A DNA stretch of 64,000 nucleotides from Candidatus Heimdallarchaeota archaeon. GTDB lineage: Archaea; Asgardarchaeota; Heimdallarchaeia; Hodarchaeales; Hodarchaeaceae. Within the stretch, counting starts at the first letter, position 1; every line of letters starts with the position of its first letter. The position numbers and the translations under genes are program-made. Below the pieces are notes generated by a model. That model had not been told where the DNA came from, searched no databases, and was given only the letters and a program-made list of their open reading frames with translations. Shown in pieces: positions 1-9,532 of the stretch. The stretch lies in NCBI GenBank assembly GCA_020353515.1, contig CP070695.1, positions 473,173 through 537,172 on the forward strand, read 5' to 3'.

Positions 1-78
1 AATAATCTCTTCTATGCTCAAATATAAATACAATAGGACTGCAAATATGATTTAATAAAGATAGATTTATATTGCTAA

Positions 79-1011
79 TTGACTGAAATGAAACATTTGA
101 TACCCATCGATGAGAATTTACCAAATTTCTTCCTTGTACTAGGTGAAAATGGTGGAACATACCCTTATTCTCACTCCTTACTCGTTAAAACCAATGAAAA
201 AAAAGCAATTTTGTTTGACTCTGGATTTGGACATGATCGTGTTAGAAAAGTCTTAACTGAATTGAAAATCACTAAGGTTTTCCTATCACACTGGCATGAA
301 GATCACATATCAGGGAATTTTTTATTAAGAAAAGAACAAGCCAAATTCTACAGTCATCCTTTGGATGCACGATTATTAAATGATATTAGCCAATTCCAAA
401 CCTTTTACGATACAGTGGGGTCATCTATGGAGGATTTTTTCCAAGAAATTATTATTTCTATGAACCTAGAGAATTTAACTGAAATTGATGAAGTGATTGA
501 CAACCAGATGATCGAAATCGGAGATACTCTCACGATAAAGGTTATTCATACTCCTGGGCATTCTGCAGGACATTGTTGCTACTATGAACCAAATCTCCAT
601 TTAGTTTTCTTAGCTGATATTGACTTATCAGGATTAGGTCCTTGGTATGGATGTCTTGATTCTAACCTGGAAGATTTCATAGAATCAATCAAGAGATTAA
701 TGCAAATAGATATTGAATACGCCATATCCAGTCATAAAGGAATTTTTATCAGTAGTAAGGAAATTAAAAGGCAACTCTTGAAATTCCTTAATATTATCGA
801 TCTGAGAGACAATAAGATTCTAGAGGAGTTATCAGAGGATAAGCCAAGATCAATTGAGGACCTAATAGGAAAGGGGATTATCTATAGGAATTATAAACAG
901 ATGAAAGAATATCTGTTTATTGCGGAAAGACAAATGATTTCTAAACATTTATTACAGCTTGTCAAAAGGGAATTAATCCTTAAAAATCAGGATAAGTTTC
1001 TTCTTGCATGA
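79..1011 (+). CDS. MBL-fold metallo-hydrolase
   Basis: SHWHEDH (HxHxDH), HTPGHSAGH and ADID motifs. Confidence 0.85.
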   Translation: MTEMKHLIPIDENLPNFFLVLGENGGTYPYSHSLLVKTNEKKAILFDSGFGHDRVRKVLTELKITKVFLSHWHEDHISGNFLLRKEQAKFYSHPLDARLLNDISQFQTFYDTVGSSMEDFFQEIIISMNLENLTEIDEVIDNQMIEIGDTLTIKVIHTPGHSAGHCCYYEPNLHLVFLADIDLSGLGPWYGCLDSNLEDFIESIKRLMQIDIEYAISSHKGIFISSKEIKRQLLKFLNIIDLRDNKILEELSEDKPRSIEDLIGKGIIYRNYKQMKEYLFIAERQMISKHLLQLVKRELILKNQDKFLLA

Positions 1012-1024
1012 ATTAGAACAGAAC

Positions 1025-1794
1025 TTATGACTTGTTACTTCCATCAACATTAACTACAACGAACACTGATTTATAATGTAATGTACCATACAGAAGTAAG
1101 AATAATCCTGAAAGGAAAAAAGAAATCATAAGAGGGAATATTGATTTATGAATTTGTATTTCTCCGACTGAAAACATCTGGATCTTTAAAGGTTGAAAAA
1201 TTAGATTAAAAAGGCAAGCTAGTTGAATGAAAAAGAATCCAAAAAAAAAGAATCTAGAAAATCTGTATTTATTATAGTTAGACTGTCTTTGTGTCTTCTT
1301 TAGCATTATATTATTGATTGTTACCGCAAGAACGAAAGAAAAGGTGATTAAAACTAGAAGGAATCCCCCGAATACCGAAAGTATAAGAATTCTTTCAATA
1401 ACATCATATTCTTTCAACGAAAGAATTTCTATTAACGTAAAAGTGCGCCCATGAACAACAATATCAAACCAATACTTGGAATCCTCATGATCTGGTAGAA
1501 AATTCAATATAATTCGAGATACACCTGGAAGGAAAAAAGAATCATTATCTCCTGATAGTGATGCAGGAGGAAGAAAAAAATGTTTTTGTATTCCAAAATC
1601 AAGGATCCAGTGTGTTAATGTAAAATTTAGGGTGCCTGTATTATCGATTGCAGCTGTAATATTTACCTGAAGAAGAATAGGTAAATTGAAGCTGTTCCTC
1701 CTAATTCATGTCCAATTCCACCACCAATGATTATTATAATGGCAACAAGTATCGGAGGGATTACTTTCCAATGTTGAGTCAGTTTTAAAATCAT
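1025..1794 (-). pseudogene. Membrane protein split by a single frameshift (pseudogene or sequence error)
   Basis: ATG at 1794 overlaps the upstream TGA (ATGA) and reads MILKLTQHWKVIPPILVAIIIIIGGG... to TAA at 1663-1665. The frame of the 1025..1507 ORF is open back to 1705 with no start codon, so the shift lies in 1666-1705. Confidence 0.6.
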
Positions 1795-2912
1795 TCGGAA
1801 GACCCTTGCTTTAGTTTCTCATTATAATCTAAGAACTCCATCATATAGTGGTCTTTAAATGTAGCATCCTCAATTCTACTCTGGATTTGTTGAACGTTTT
1901 CATGGAGAATCTCACTTACAATAAAACTTCTACCACATTCAATTGCGGCTTTTGCCACTGTGCCTGTTCCTGCTAGGGGATCATAAACACGCCCTGAAAT
2001 GGCATTATTTGAATCTAAAGCTGTACTACAATTGCATAGAACTTTAAGTGTGGTTCTAGGATAATATTTCTCAACTAAAGGATCAAAAATTGGCTTCCCA
2101 CATTCATTGCATACTTTTCTGGGACATGTAGCAGTTAACACACGATGTACTAATTTGAGGGGAAAAGGGGCAAAATGCTTCCCTGAGTATCCTGTAGTAT
2201 TTATTGTCCAAATTGTAGGGTAGATTACAAATGGTACATCTTCAGAATGAACCTCAATAGGCCATACACTCCGCATCAGTTTTCCTAAAGGGTGATATCT
2301 TTTTGTACGAGGCTTTCCTCGCAAACTCAATACTTCATGCATACCTGTGCTTTCTTTTCCCTCAGCAAGCTCTGCTTTGCTGGATTTACCTATCAAAGCT
2401 AGGTTATCTTTCTCAATCCACTCATGAGGGAGACGTTGGGTAACAAAATAATAGTGAGGATTCTTTATGAACCAGAAAAGGCGTTCATAATCAACTCCAA
2501 AGCGACTGGAGACTCCCCCACTAGGTCTAGCGTTTGGTTTATACCAGATAATGTCATTACGGCAAATCCACCGGTTATTATAAATCATGGTGGATTTTAG
2601 AAGTTCAGGAATAGCAGCAAGACTTAAAGAATGCCCTTCTTTTGTTTTGTTACTAATATAATTGTCAGCCACATTGACCCAGAGTGATCCATGATCCTTG
2701 AGCTTGGATTTTATTTTGTTGAAGAGAAGACAAATTTTCTCTATATATTCTTGTGGAGAACGCTCCTGACCTAATTCATTTTCAGATTCGCTATATCTTA
2801 CTTGACGCCAGTAAGGTGGACTTGTGATTACCGTATCAATCGAGTTATTAGGGAATTTTTCGATAAGTTTGAATGCATCTCCATGAAGAATTTGGTCTTG
2901 AATTTTAGAGAT
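1791..2912 (-). CDS. Beta-class (N4/N6) DNA methyltransferase with Cys-rich insertion; longer than the ORF track shows
   Basis: Frame open upstream of 2672: ISKIQDQILHGDAFKLIEKFPNNSIDTVITSPPYW (motif IV). Also HFAPFP, YDPLAGTGT (motif I) and a CPRKVCNECG..CNC insertion. Probable ATC start at 2912 behind AGGTGG. Confidence 0.85.
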   Translation of the reverse strand: MSKIQDQILHGDAFKLIEKFPNNSIDTVITSPPYWRQVRYSESENELGQERSPQEYIEKICLLFNKIKSKLKDHGSLWVNVADNYISNKTKEGHSLSLAAIPELLKSTMIYNNRWICRNDIIWYKPNARPSGGVSSRFGVDYERLFWFIKNPHYYFVTQRLPHEWIEKDNLALIGKSSKAELAEGKESTGMHEVLSLRGKPRTKRYHPLGKLMRSVWPIEVHSEDVPFVIYPTIWTINTTGYSGKHFAPFPLKLVHRVLTATCPRKVCNECGKPIFDPLVEKYYPRTTLKVLCNCSTALDSNNAISGRVYDPLAGTGTVAKAAIECGRSFIVSEILHENVQQIQSRIEDATFKDHYMMEFLDYNEKLKQGSSE

Positions 2913-2932
2913 GGTAAACCACCTTGTTCAGG

Positions 2933-3340
2933 TTATTGGAATCCCTGTTTTAATTTTAATACAAACTCAGGATCTTCTTTAAGTCGTTCCCTTTGTGCTC
3001 CAAAAACAATTTTATCATCGAACCACCGTGGTAGAATATGAAAGTGGGTATGATAGATCTCCTGTAAAGCAGCTTTTTCATTTCCTTGGAAAATATTAAT
3101 TCCATCACACTGGAGAACTTTTTTTAATACATTAGCTACACGACTAACTGTTATTCCAACTGCAGACATGTCATCCTCTTGGATGTCAAATAGATTCCTT
3201 GAATGGACCTTAGGAATAACAAGTGTGTGTCCTTTCGCTATAGGGTAAATATCAAGAATAGCAACGGTCTTTTTATCTTCGTAAATGCGAGTACCAGGTT
3301 TTGTTCCATTGATAATTTCACAGAATATACAGTCTGTCAT
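2933..3340 (-). CDS. HIT family protein
   Basis: DCIFC N-terminus, GHTLVIPK, HTHFH triad. Confidence 0.92.
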   Translation of the reverse strand: MTDCIFCEIINGTKPGTRIYEDKKTVAILDIYPIAKGHTLVIPKVHSRNLFDIQEDDMSAVGITVSRVANVLKKVLQCDGINIFQGNEKAALQEIYHTHFHILPRWFDDKIVFGAQRERLKEDPEFVLKLKQGFQ

Positions 3341-3355
3341 ATGTATTCCCTTTTA

Positions 3356-3555
3356 TCAATTATGAGATTGGTTTTTCTTTTTTTGTTTCTTGAGATTTTC
3401 TAGCATTTTCGCAATCTTTGGTGTCCAAATATGTTCATATTGGACTTCAAATGGATCCATATCTACGGATACTTTGATTGAACCTTATGCTGTTTAATCT
3501 TATTGAACTCTTCTTTAATTTCCATGAAAGCAATTTCTCCTACTGTATAACCATA
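3356..3555 (-). pseudogene. Possible gene relic
   Basis: Two overlapping protein-like frames: EYGYTVGEIAFMEIKEEFNKIK.. and GSIKVSVDMDPFEVQYEHIWTPKIAKMLENLKKQKKKNQSHN*. Confidence 0.3.
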
Positions 3556-3557
3556 TT

Positions 3558-5603
3558 CTAATCTAATTCAATGGTTGCCCATACCGCAGGATGATCTGAT
3601 TCTTTACTCACAATAAAATTACATTCAGAAACAGATATTCCAGATGAAACGAATATATGATCTATTCTATGGCTAATGTTATACTCAAGATCATCCAAGA
3701 AATCAGTGTTTGTCTTTCCAGCAAGTAACCATGAGTCATTTAGAGTGATAGTTGTCAAATTATATTGTTCAGTATTTGGTCTGAAATTAAAATCACCTAT
3801 AAGTACCACATTAGGTTTTCCATTCAGTTCGTCCATAATAGCCTCTTGTTGAACAATGGGGCCACCATTACCAAGATGTGTCACAAATATATTAAATGAT
3901 TTTGTACCAGCTTCAATCTGGGCTTTTATCGTTGCTGTCTGCTCTCCCTTACTGTACATGAAAAATGTCCTAGGATTTTGAATTGGATATTTCGAAAGCA
4001 ATGCAATACCAAAAGTACCTGTAACGGTCTTTGGACCATAATAGGAATACATTTTTAGGTTGTTAGCAAAATATCTAACAACGTCCATATTTCCATTGGC
4101 AATCCTGGCGGTATCGCATTCCTGTAATCCAATAATATCAGGATTAATAGATTTAACCAGCTTTAGTTGACCATTAAGGTTTTTGATACCATCTTCATTA
4201 TATCCTTGCTGGATATTATAAGTCATAACCGTTATAGAGTTTGTTGTTTCGGGAGTGGTGGGTATAGGGGTAGTTAAAAAGGCTGCTAAGACAGTTCCAA
4301 TTGTAATCAATATAATTCCTATAGATGTAATTCTGGATCCTAATGTCAATGATGGTTTCCTGAACACTAAATTTCTTTTTGTTATAAATAATGCTGGTAA
4401 CCCAACACTTACTCCTACTATTAAGTACACAAACCAAAACATGTCTCGGAAAAGAGGGCCTACAATATCGATGTAGTCATATACGGTTGTAAATACATGT
4501 GCAAAAATCATTACGACAATAAATAGTGATGCTAGAGTAAAACTACCTGCAAGTTTAACTATTGAAGGCTTACAATTATATAACTCACGAGAAATAAGTG
4601 TAAAGTCAACAAAGAGTATTGGGAAAAAAATTAACATTATTATTAACAGTATCAGATGTATTAGTGTTGTTGGAGGAGTAGTAATTGGATAACTTCCAGC
4701 TGAGGAAGGAAATTGGATTTGATTGAAGAAAATTGTAAGAACTAAGGTAAGGATAAAGACTGCATTCGCAAGCCAAATCATCCAAGGTTGTAATTTAACA
4801 AGTAAATCACGTCTAAATGTCATAAATATAACAAAAAAAGTAAGCATTAAGATTAGTAAAAGGATTATAAAGAAGTAATCTCCTTCAGTCCATCTAGAAA
4901 TGACCGTTGGACTGGCAAATGAATAATAAATCATCATTAATATTCCTATTATTCCAAAAGAGAAGCCTATCATTTTTAAAGAACTAATTGATTCTTTTTG
5001 ACTTGCAGAGCCCTCAAGATCCATTTTCTGTTCTGTTACAAACATACCAAGAATCATGATAGCCATAATTGCTGCGAGAATCCATCCAATTACTTGAAAC
5101 AAGCTGTATGTGGTAATATCAATCGTTGAACCAAGAGTTCTAAAGAGAATTGACATAGCAGCACCGATAGCTAATCCTAATCCGAGATTTACTCCATTTA
5201 GTTCTTCATCACCCATATACTTTTGTTGAAGAAATAGTGGAAAGAATATCAGAAAACAACCGACCCCAATTCCAGATGTAATCATTTTAATTTGTGTGTT
5301 TTGGACTACTAAAGGGGTTAGAATTCTACATACAACCATTAACTCCCCAACAATAACCAGAGCTTTATCAGAATTTCTCTTTTTAAAGAAAAATAATAAT
5401 AATGGAGAAAAGAAGAATAAAATGCTAAGAACATTTTCATTCAGAGACAGAGTTAGGAGACAAAGGGCATAAATTGCCTCTATGAAATCAGAAACCAATT
5501 CCAAGAAGAAGAAAAAGAGGATAGAAACTAATAATAGGTCGGAATAGTATTGTTCTAAGAATTTTTTCAATGAATGGATTGTTGACATAACTTTGGTAGA
5601 CAT
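3558..5603 (-). CDS. Multi-pass membrane protein with C-terminal EEP (endonuclease/exonuclease/phosphatase) domain, Cwh43/PGAP2IP-like
   Basis: About 440-aa hydrophobic N-terminal region; MTYNI, GLQE, THL, GDFN, IDHIF, SDH motifs. Confidence 0.85.
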   Translation of the reverse strand: MSTKVMSTIHSLKKFLEQYYSDLLLVSILFFFFLELVSDFIEAIYALCLLTLSLNENVLSILFFFSPLLLFFFKKRNSDKALVIVGELMVVCRILTPLVVQNTQIKMITSGIGVGCFLIFFPLFLQQKYMGDEELNGVNLGLGLAIGAAMSILFRTLGSTIDITTYSLFQVIGWILAAIMAIMILGMFVTEQKMDLEGSASQKESISSLKMIGFSFGIIGILMMIYYSFASPTVISRWTEGDYFFIILLLILMLTFFVIFMTFRRDLLVKLQPWMIWLANAVFILTLVLTIFFNQIQFPSSAGSYPITTPPTTLIHLILLIIMLIFFPILFVDFTLISRELYNCKPSIVKLAGSFTLASLFIVVMIFAHVFTTVYDYIDIVGPLFRDMFWFVYLIVGVSVGLPALFITKRNLVFRKPSLTLGSRITSIGIILITIGTVLAAFLTTPIPTTPETTNSITVMTYNIQQGYNEDGIKNLNGQLKLVKSINPDIIGLQECDTARIANGNMDVVRYFANNLKMYSYYGPKTVTGTFGIALLSKYPIQNPRTFFMYSKGEQTATIKAQIEAGTKSFNIFVTHLGNGGPIVQQEAIMDELNGKPNVVLIGDFNFRPNTEQYNLTTITLNDSWLLAGKTNTDFLDDLEYNISHRIDHIFVSSGISVSECNFIVSKESDHPAVWATIELD

Positions 5604-5693
5604 CTTTCTGTCTTAAAAAGGTTTTTATGAATAATTATTGGAGATCACAGCCTGTAGAATCATGATTTTTTTGTTTGTGCTTATACCCAAGTT

Positions 5694-6563
5694 TTACTCA
5701 CTGATCCAAGAGATATAATATTCTAAATGCGGAGGAATAGTGATACTAGGCCGTAAAAAATCCCAATCTCCTTTCAATCCTAATTCTTGAGCAGTTAAGT
5801 TGAAGTGACAAATAGCAATTCCTAAATCCACTCGTGGAAAATCAGGCCACGAGAGAAAGCGACTATACCAACTCCTTTTCCGAATAATGAAGAAATGGTA
5901 AGTATGAGTATCATTCTCCTTTATTATTCGCCAAGGCTGACGATTGGACGCTGAAGGGGCAAGTCGAATCATTTCTAAGGGTGTTTCGTATTGATCAGCT
6001 CTCTCTCGAGTAAGTGGATGATCGCAATCAACCTCAAAGAAGAGTGTCTGCCATGGATGACGATTTTTAGATCGAGCAGCCCAACGTGCAACTCTATCCA
6101 CCTTGCTTTGGCTTTTTGCTGCATAACCAACAGGAGTGATGGCTGGGACAACTTCATCATCGGTTATGTTGATTTGCGCTGCAAACCTACTGCGTTTAAG
6201 AGTTCCCCCTACCCAGCAAGTTCCCAAACCCAAATCGGTCGCATATAATACTAGCTCCTCCATGATGTAACCAAAATTTTCTAAATCATGTTCTGATTTC
6301 TTTGTTGCTCCAACCACAAAATTTTGAGCACCTTGGATGAACCCATACGTACCAAGCTGCCTTTTTACTTTAGGATTTAGTTCTGACATTTCTATTAATT
6401 CAAAACGGGTTTCTCCCTCTAAAGGGCTAGTACTGTCTCCTTGGAGAAATTCTTTCAGAAATCTCTTAGTTTTGTTATCAAGTAACTGGATTTCATATTT
6501 TCTACAAGAATAGCGCCGTTGAATGATTTCCACAATGGAAGTGGAAAAAGTCATTCTACTCAT
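5694..6563 (-). CDS. Nitroreductase family protein
   Basis: RRYSCRKY, GLGTCW, APSASNRQPW, DLGIAICHF motifs. Confidence 0.88.
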   Translation of the reverse strand: MSRMTFSTSIVEIIQRRYSCRKYEIQLLDNKTKRFLKEFLQGDSTSPLEGETRFELIEMSELNPKVKRQLGTYGFIQGAQNFVVGATKKSEHDLENFGYIMEELVLYATDLGLGTCWVGGTLKRSRFAAQINITDDEVVPAITPVGYAAKSQSKVDRVARWAARSKNRHPWQTLFFEVDCDHPLTRERADQYETPLEMIRLAPSASNRQPWRIIKENDTHTYHFFIIRKRSWYSRFLSWPDFPRVDLGIAICHFNLTAQELGLKGDWDFLRPSITIPPHLEYYISWISE

Positions 6564-6591
6564 TCCTCAAATCTTCTTGTATTAAGCCCTT

Positions 6592-8532
6592 TCATCCAAG
6601 AACTAGTTCAGTATAAACAGCCCGATGATCAGATACTCTTGGTGACCCAAAAATTGCACAATTAAGAACTGTCCAACTTCCTTTCAACCAAACATAGTCA
6701 ATCCGTTTTACAGCAAATCCAGAATTATTATAGGACGTCCCACTATCAGAAGTATTTCCAGATAATATCCAAGTATCTGAAAAAGTTGAATTAAGAAGCA
6801 CAAATGCTTGATCTGTCACATCTGGACGAGTATTAAAATCACCAAGGATGATAGAATTAGTAAAATCCTCTGTAATATCAAGGATTTTTACAGCCTGATT
6901 ATATCTATCAATTGTATACTTACCTGTTTGAAAATGGGTTACTACAATAGGTAATTCCCCCGCTATCTCACCAGTATCAATTTCTACCACAATCGCTACT
7001 CGTTCGATGGATTGATATGCTGGTAAGTCCTCATAATAAGCAGATAATATTGGAAATCTTGAAAGAAGAGATACTCCGTAAATTTGAGCAGAAGTTGGAG
7101 GCCCATAATAATAATAATTCATCCCAGTCTGATGAGCGAGCCATTGCACACCATTCATACTTGATGATGTAATTCGGGCACCTTCTGATTCTTGTAATCC
7201 AACAACATCTGCTCCAGATTCTAGTATGACATCCCTTACTTGTTCAAGGTTATAAAGACCTGTTTGTCCAATTGAGAAGTACTGATGAATATTGAAAGTC
7301 ATGACCTTAAGTTTACTTGTGTCTGGACTCTTTTGAACCTTAAGAAGATCATTAGTAACCACACCCAACATTGAAATAATGATTGCAGACAGGAAGATAA
7401 TACGTACAGAATTTAATACCTGTTGAGGTTTCTTTTTGAAGTTAAGAGGTATTTCAAATCTTAAGCTAGCTAAGGGGAGAAGTAATCCTGCTACAAATAT
7501 AGTAGTTGCAGCATGCCCACGAGTAAAGGCTAAAATTGAGGGCATAAACGCCCAATTCCCAGCGCTTACGTGTAAGATCAGGATGAATACCATTAAAAAT
7601 TGAAATACAGTCATTCTTAATCCAACAACCCTGGGTGATCTAATCGAGTTCTTACTCAAACCCATGTAAAGGATAACACAAATTGAAACCTGTACAGTAA
7701 AGTAAGTGATAAAGGGCATGAGATTTATCCAGAGAAGATCTATTAAGGAGAAAAGAAACAAGATTACCCACCCGAACTCCAATTTGTTTTGGGTAAGATG
7801 ACCCCCTTTTTCAAAAGTTAATAAACCACCTAGTACAAGACCAAAGATTCCAGTAAATGATATAAGTATGTAATTCCTGAAAAACCATGTAGATACGACA
7901 TTAGGAAAACCTAGGAATAAAATTTGAATAAAGAGGAAACCTATAACTGGAGGCACCCCAGTAAACGTTGATTGTGAAGATTCTATTAATCGAGGATCAT
8001 ATCTGATATTGAAAAACCAGAGTAGAATTCCTAAGCTTATCCAGAAAAGGAATAGAATCGTTCCAATAATGGTAGCATAATAAGAAGCTGTTCCGAGCCA
8101 TGAACGCAAAATAATCTGGAGTACGACTCCTAAGATTATGCTCAAAGAAAACTGTTCTTTCTCAAGTTGAATTCGGTTTACGAGCACCGGAGTAATGAAT
8201 ATCATAGCAAAAATGGCAGCAAGAGTAGCAATTAGTGTGACTGGAATAAAGCTTAATACGACCATAATTGTTGCTCCAAGGATGCAGACTGACAGAGTTC
8301 TCATCGAATGAGGATATGGTAGAATCACTTCCACAAGTCCAGTCAATAGAAAAAGAACTAAAAGAATAGTCACATTTGGTCCTGCAGTAGAAAAGTTTAG
8401 CACAAAGATCATTGTTAAAAAACGTTCTAGCTGTGTGAAGAAAAGAAAAACTATAATTGTTCCAAAAATTAATTGGAAAAGGAAATTTAATAATTCTTGA
8501 GAAAGAATCGGTTTTTTTTCCACGTTTATCAA
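6592..8532 (-). CDS. Multi-pass membrane protein with C-terminal EEP domain (paralog of 3558..5603)
   Basis: Many TM helices; MTFNIH, GLQES, YYGP, LLSRFPI, THF, GDFN, IDYVW, SDH motifs. Confidence 0.85.
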   Translation of the reverse strand: MINVEKKPILSQELLNFLFQLIFGTIIVFLFFTQLERFLTMIFVLNFSTAGPNVTILLVLFLLTGLVEVILPYPHSMRTLSVCILGATIMVVLSFIPVTLIATLAAIFAMIFITPVLVNRIQLEKEQFSLSIILGVVLQIILRSWLGTASYYATIIGTILFLFWISLGILLWFFNIRYDPRLIESSQSTFTGVPPVIGFLFIQILFLGFPNVVSTWFFRNYILISFTGIFGLVLGGLLTFEKGGHLTQNKLEFGWVILFLFSLIDLLWINLMPFITYFTVQVSICVILYMGLSKNSIRSPRVVGLRMTVFQFLMVFILILHVSAGNWAFMPSILAFTRGHAATTIFVAGLLLPLASLRFEIPLNFKKKPQQVLNSVRIIFLSAIIISMLGVVTNDLLKVQKSPDTSKLKVMTFNIHQYFSIGQTGLYNLEQVRDVILESGADVVGLQESEGARITSSSMNGVQWLAHQTGMNYYYYGPPTSAQIYGVSLLSRFPILSAYYEDLPAYQSIERVAIVVEIDTGEIAGELPIVVTHFQTGKYTIDRYNQAVKILDITEDFTNSIILGDFNTRPDVTDQAFVLLNSTFSDTWILSGNTSDSGTSYNNSGFAVKRIDYVWLKGSWTVLNCAIFGSPRVSDHRAVYTELVLG

Positions 8533-8669
8533 CTCAAGTAAGAACTTTAACTAGAGTATCTTAATAAAAAGCGAATGTATTAGAGCGTTAAATAAAGTCT
8601 TTGGCATCGATAACAAAAATTAAAGAGTACAAAGATCCTACTCACTATAGTAATCAGTGGTAAGAGAAA

Positions 8670-9527
8670 ATGCCTGAAGGCCCTGAAGTAGAAACTGTAA
8701 GACTTGAACTCCTCCAACTTATTTCAAAAAAGGTTGATTCAATTCAATTAACTCCATTATCTCAAAAATACCCTAAATATGAAGGAAAACAACCATTTTT
8801 TAATCAGTTTTCTAGGAAAACAATCCACAGCATAGACCGTTTTGGAAAATTTTTGGTTTGGCGTTTTACTAATGTTGAAGCAGTTATTCTTAATCACCTC
8901 GGAATGACTGGTAGATGGTGTCTCTACAAGGATCTCAAGAAGTTACCTACGACTACAAAACACATTAAAGTAATCATCCATATGAAAAGCCCACCTAATG
9001 CCCTATTCAACGATATACGAAATTTTGGTCAATTCAAGGTGTTTCAATCGTTTGAGGAAGTCCAACAATACACCCCTATTCGGTCTCTAGGCGTTGATGG
9101 ACTTACCACTCCTTTTCCACTTAATGAGTTCTTGACTCGGTTAGCAAAAAAGAATTTTAAGGATAAACCTATTGGGGAAGTCCTCTTGAATCAACGTCTT
9201 GTGGCTGGAGTTGGGAATATCTATAAAACAGAATCCTTGTTTCATGCAAAGATCAATCCACTGAAAAAGGTAAAAAAACTCTCAAACACGGAAAGAGAGG
9301 AATTAGGTCTCGCTATCGGAAAAATTTTACAAAAAGCCTTGCACGATAAAGGGAGTACAATGGAGTTTCAGCCCTATGAGCTGCCCTCAGGAACAACTGG
9401 GAATGCACAAAAATGGCATAAGGTATACAAGCGTGAAGGGAAACCTTGTTTGGAATGTGGAACTCCTATAACGCGAATGATTCAGAAAGACAGAAGCACT
9501 TTTTATTGTTTACAATGTCAAAAATAA
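8670..9527 (+). CDS. mutM: Formamidopyrimidine-DNA glycosylase (Fpg/Nei family)
   Basis: MPEGPEV N-terminus, HLGMTG, GVGNIY H2TH motif, C-terminal CxxC..CxxCQ zinc finger. Confidence 0.93.
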   Translation: MPEGPEVETVRLELLQLISKKVDSIQLTPLSQKYPKYEGKQPFFNQFSRKTIHSIDRFGKFLVWRFTNVEAVILNHLGMTGRWCLYKDLKKLPTTTKHIKVIIHMKSPPNALFNDIRNFGQFKVFQSFEEVQQYTPIRSLGVDGLTTPFPLNEFLTRLAKKNFKDKPIGEVLLNQRLVAGVGNIYKTESLFHAKINPLKKVKKLSNTEREELGLAIGKILQKALHDKGSTMEFQPYELPSGTTGNAQKWHKVYKREGKPCLECGTPITRMIQKDRSTFYCLQCQK

Positions 9528-9532
9528 TGAGA

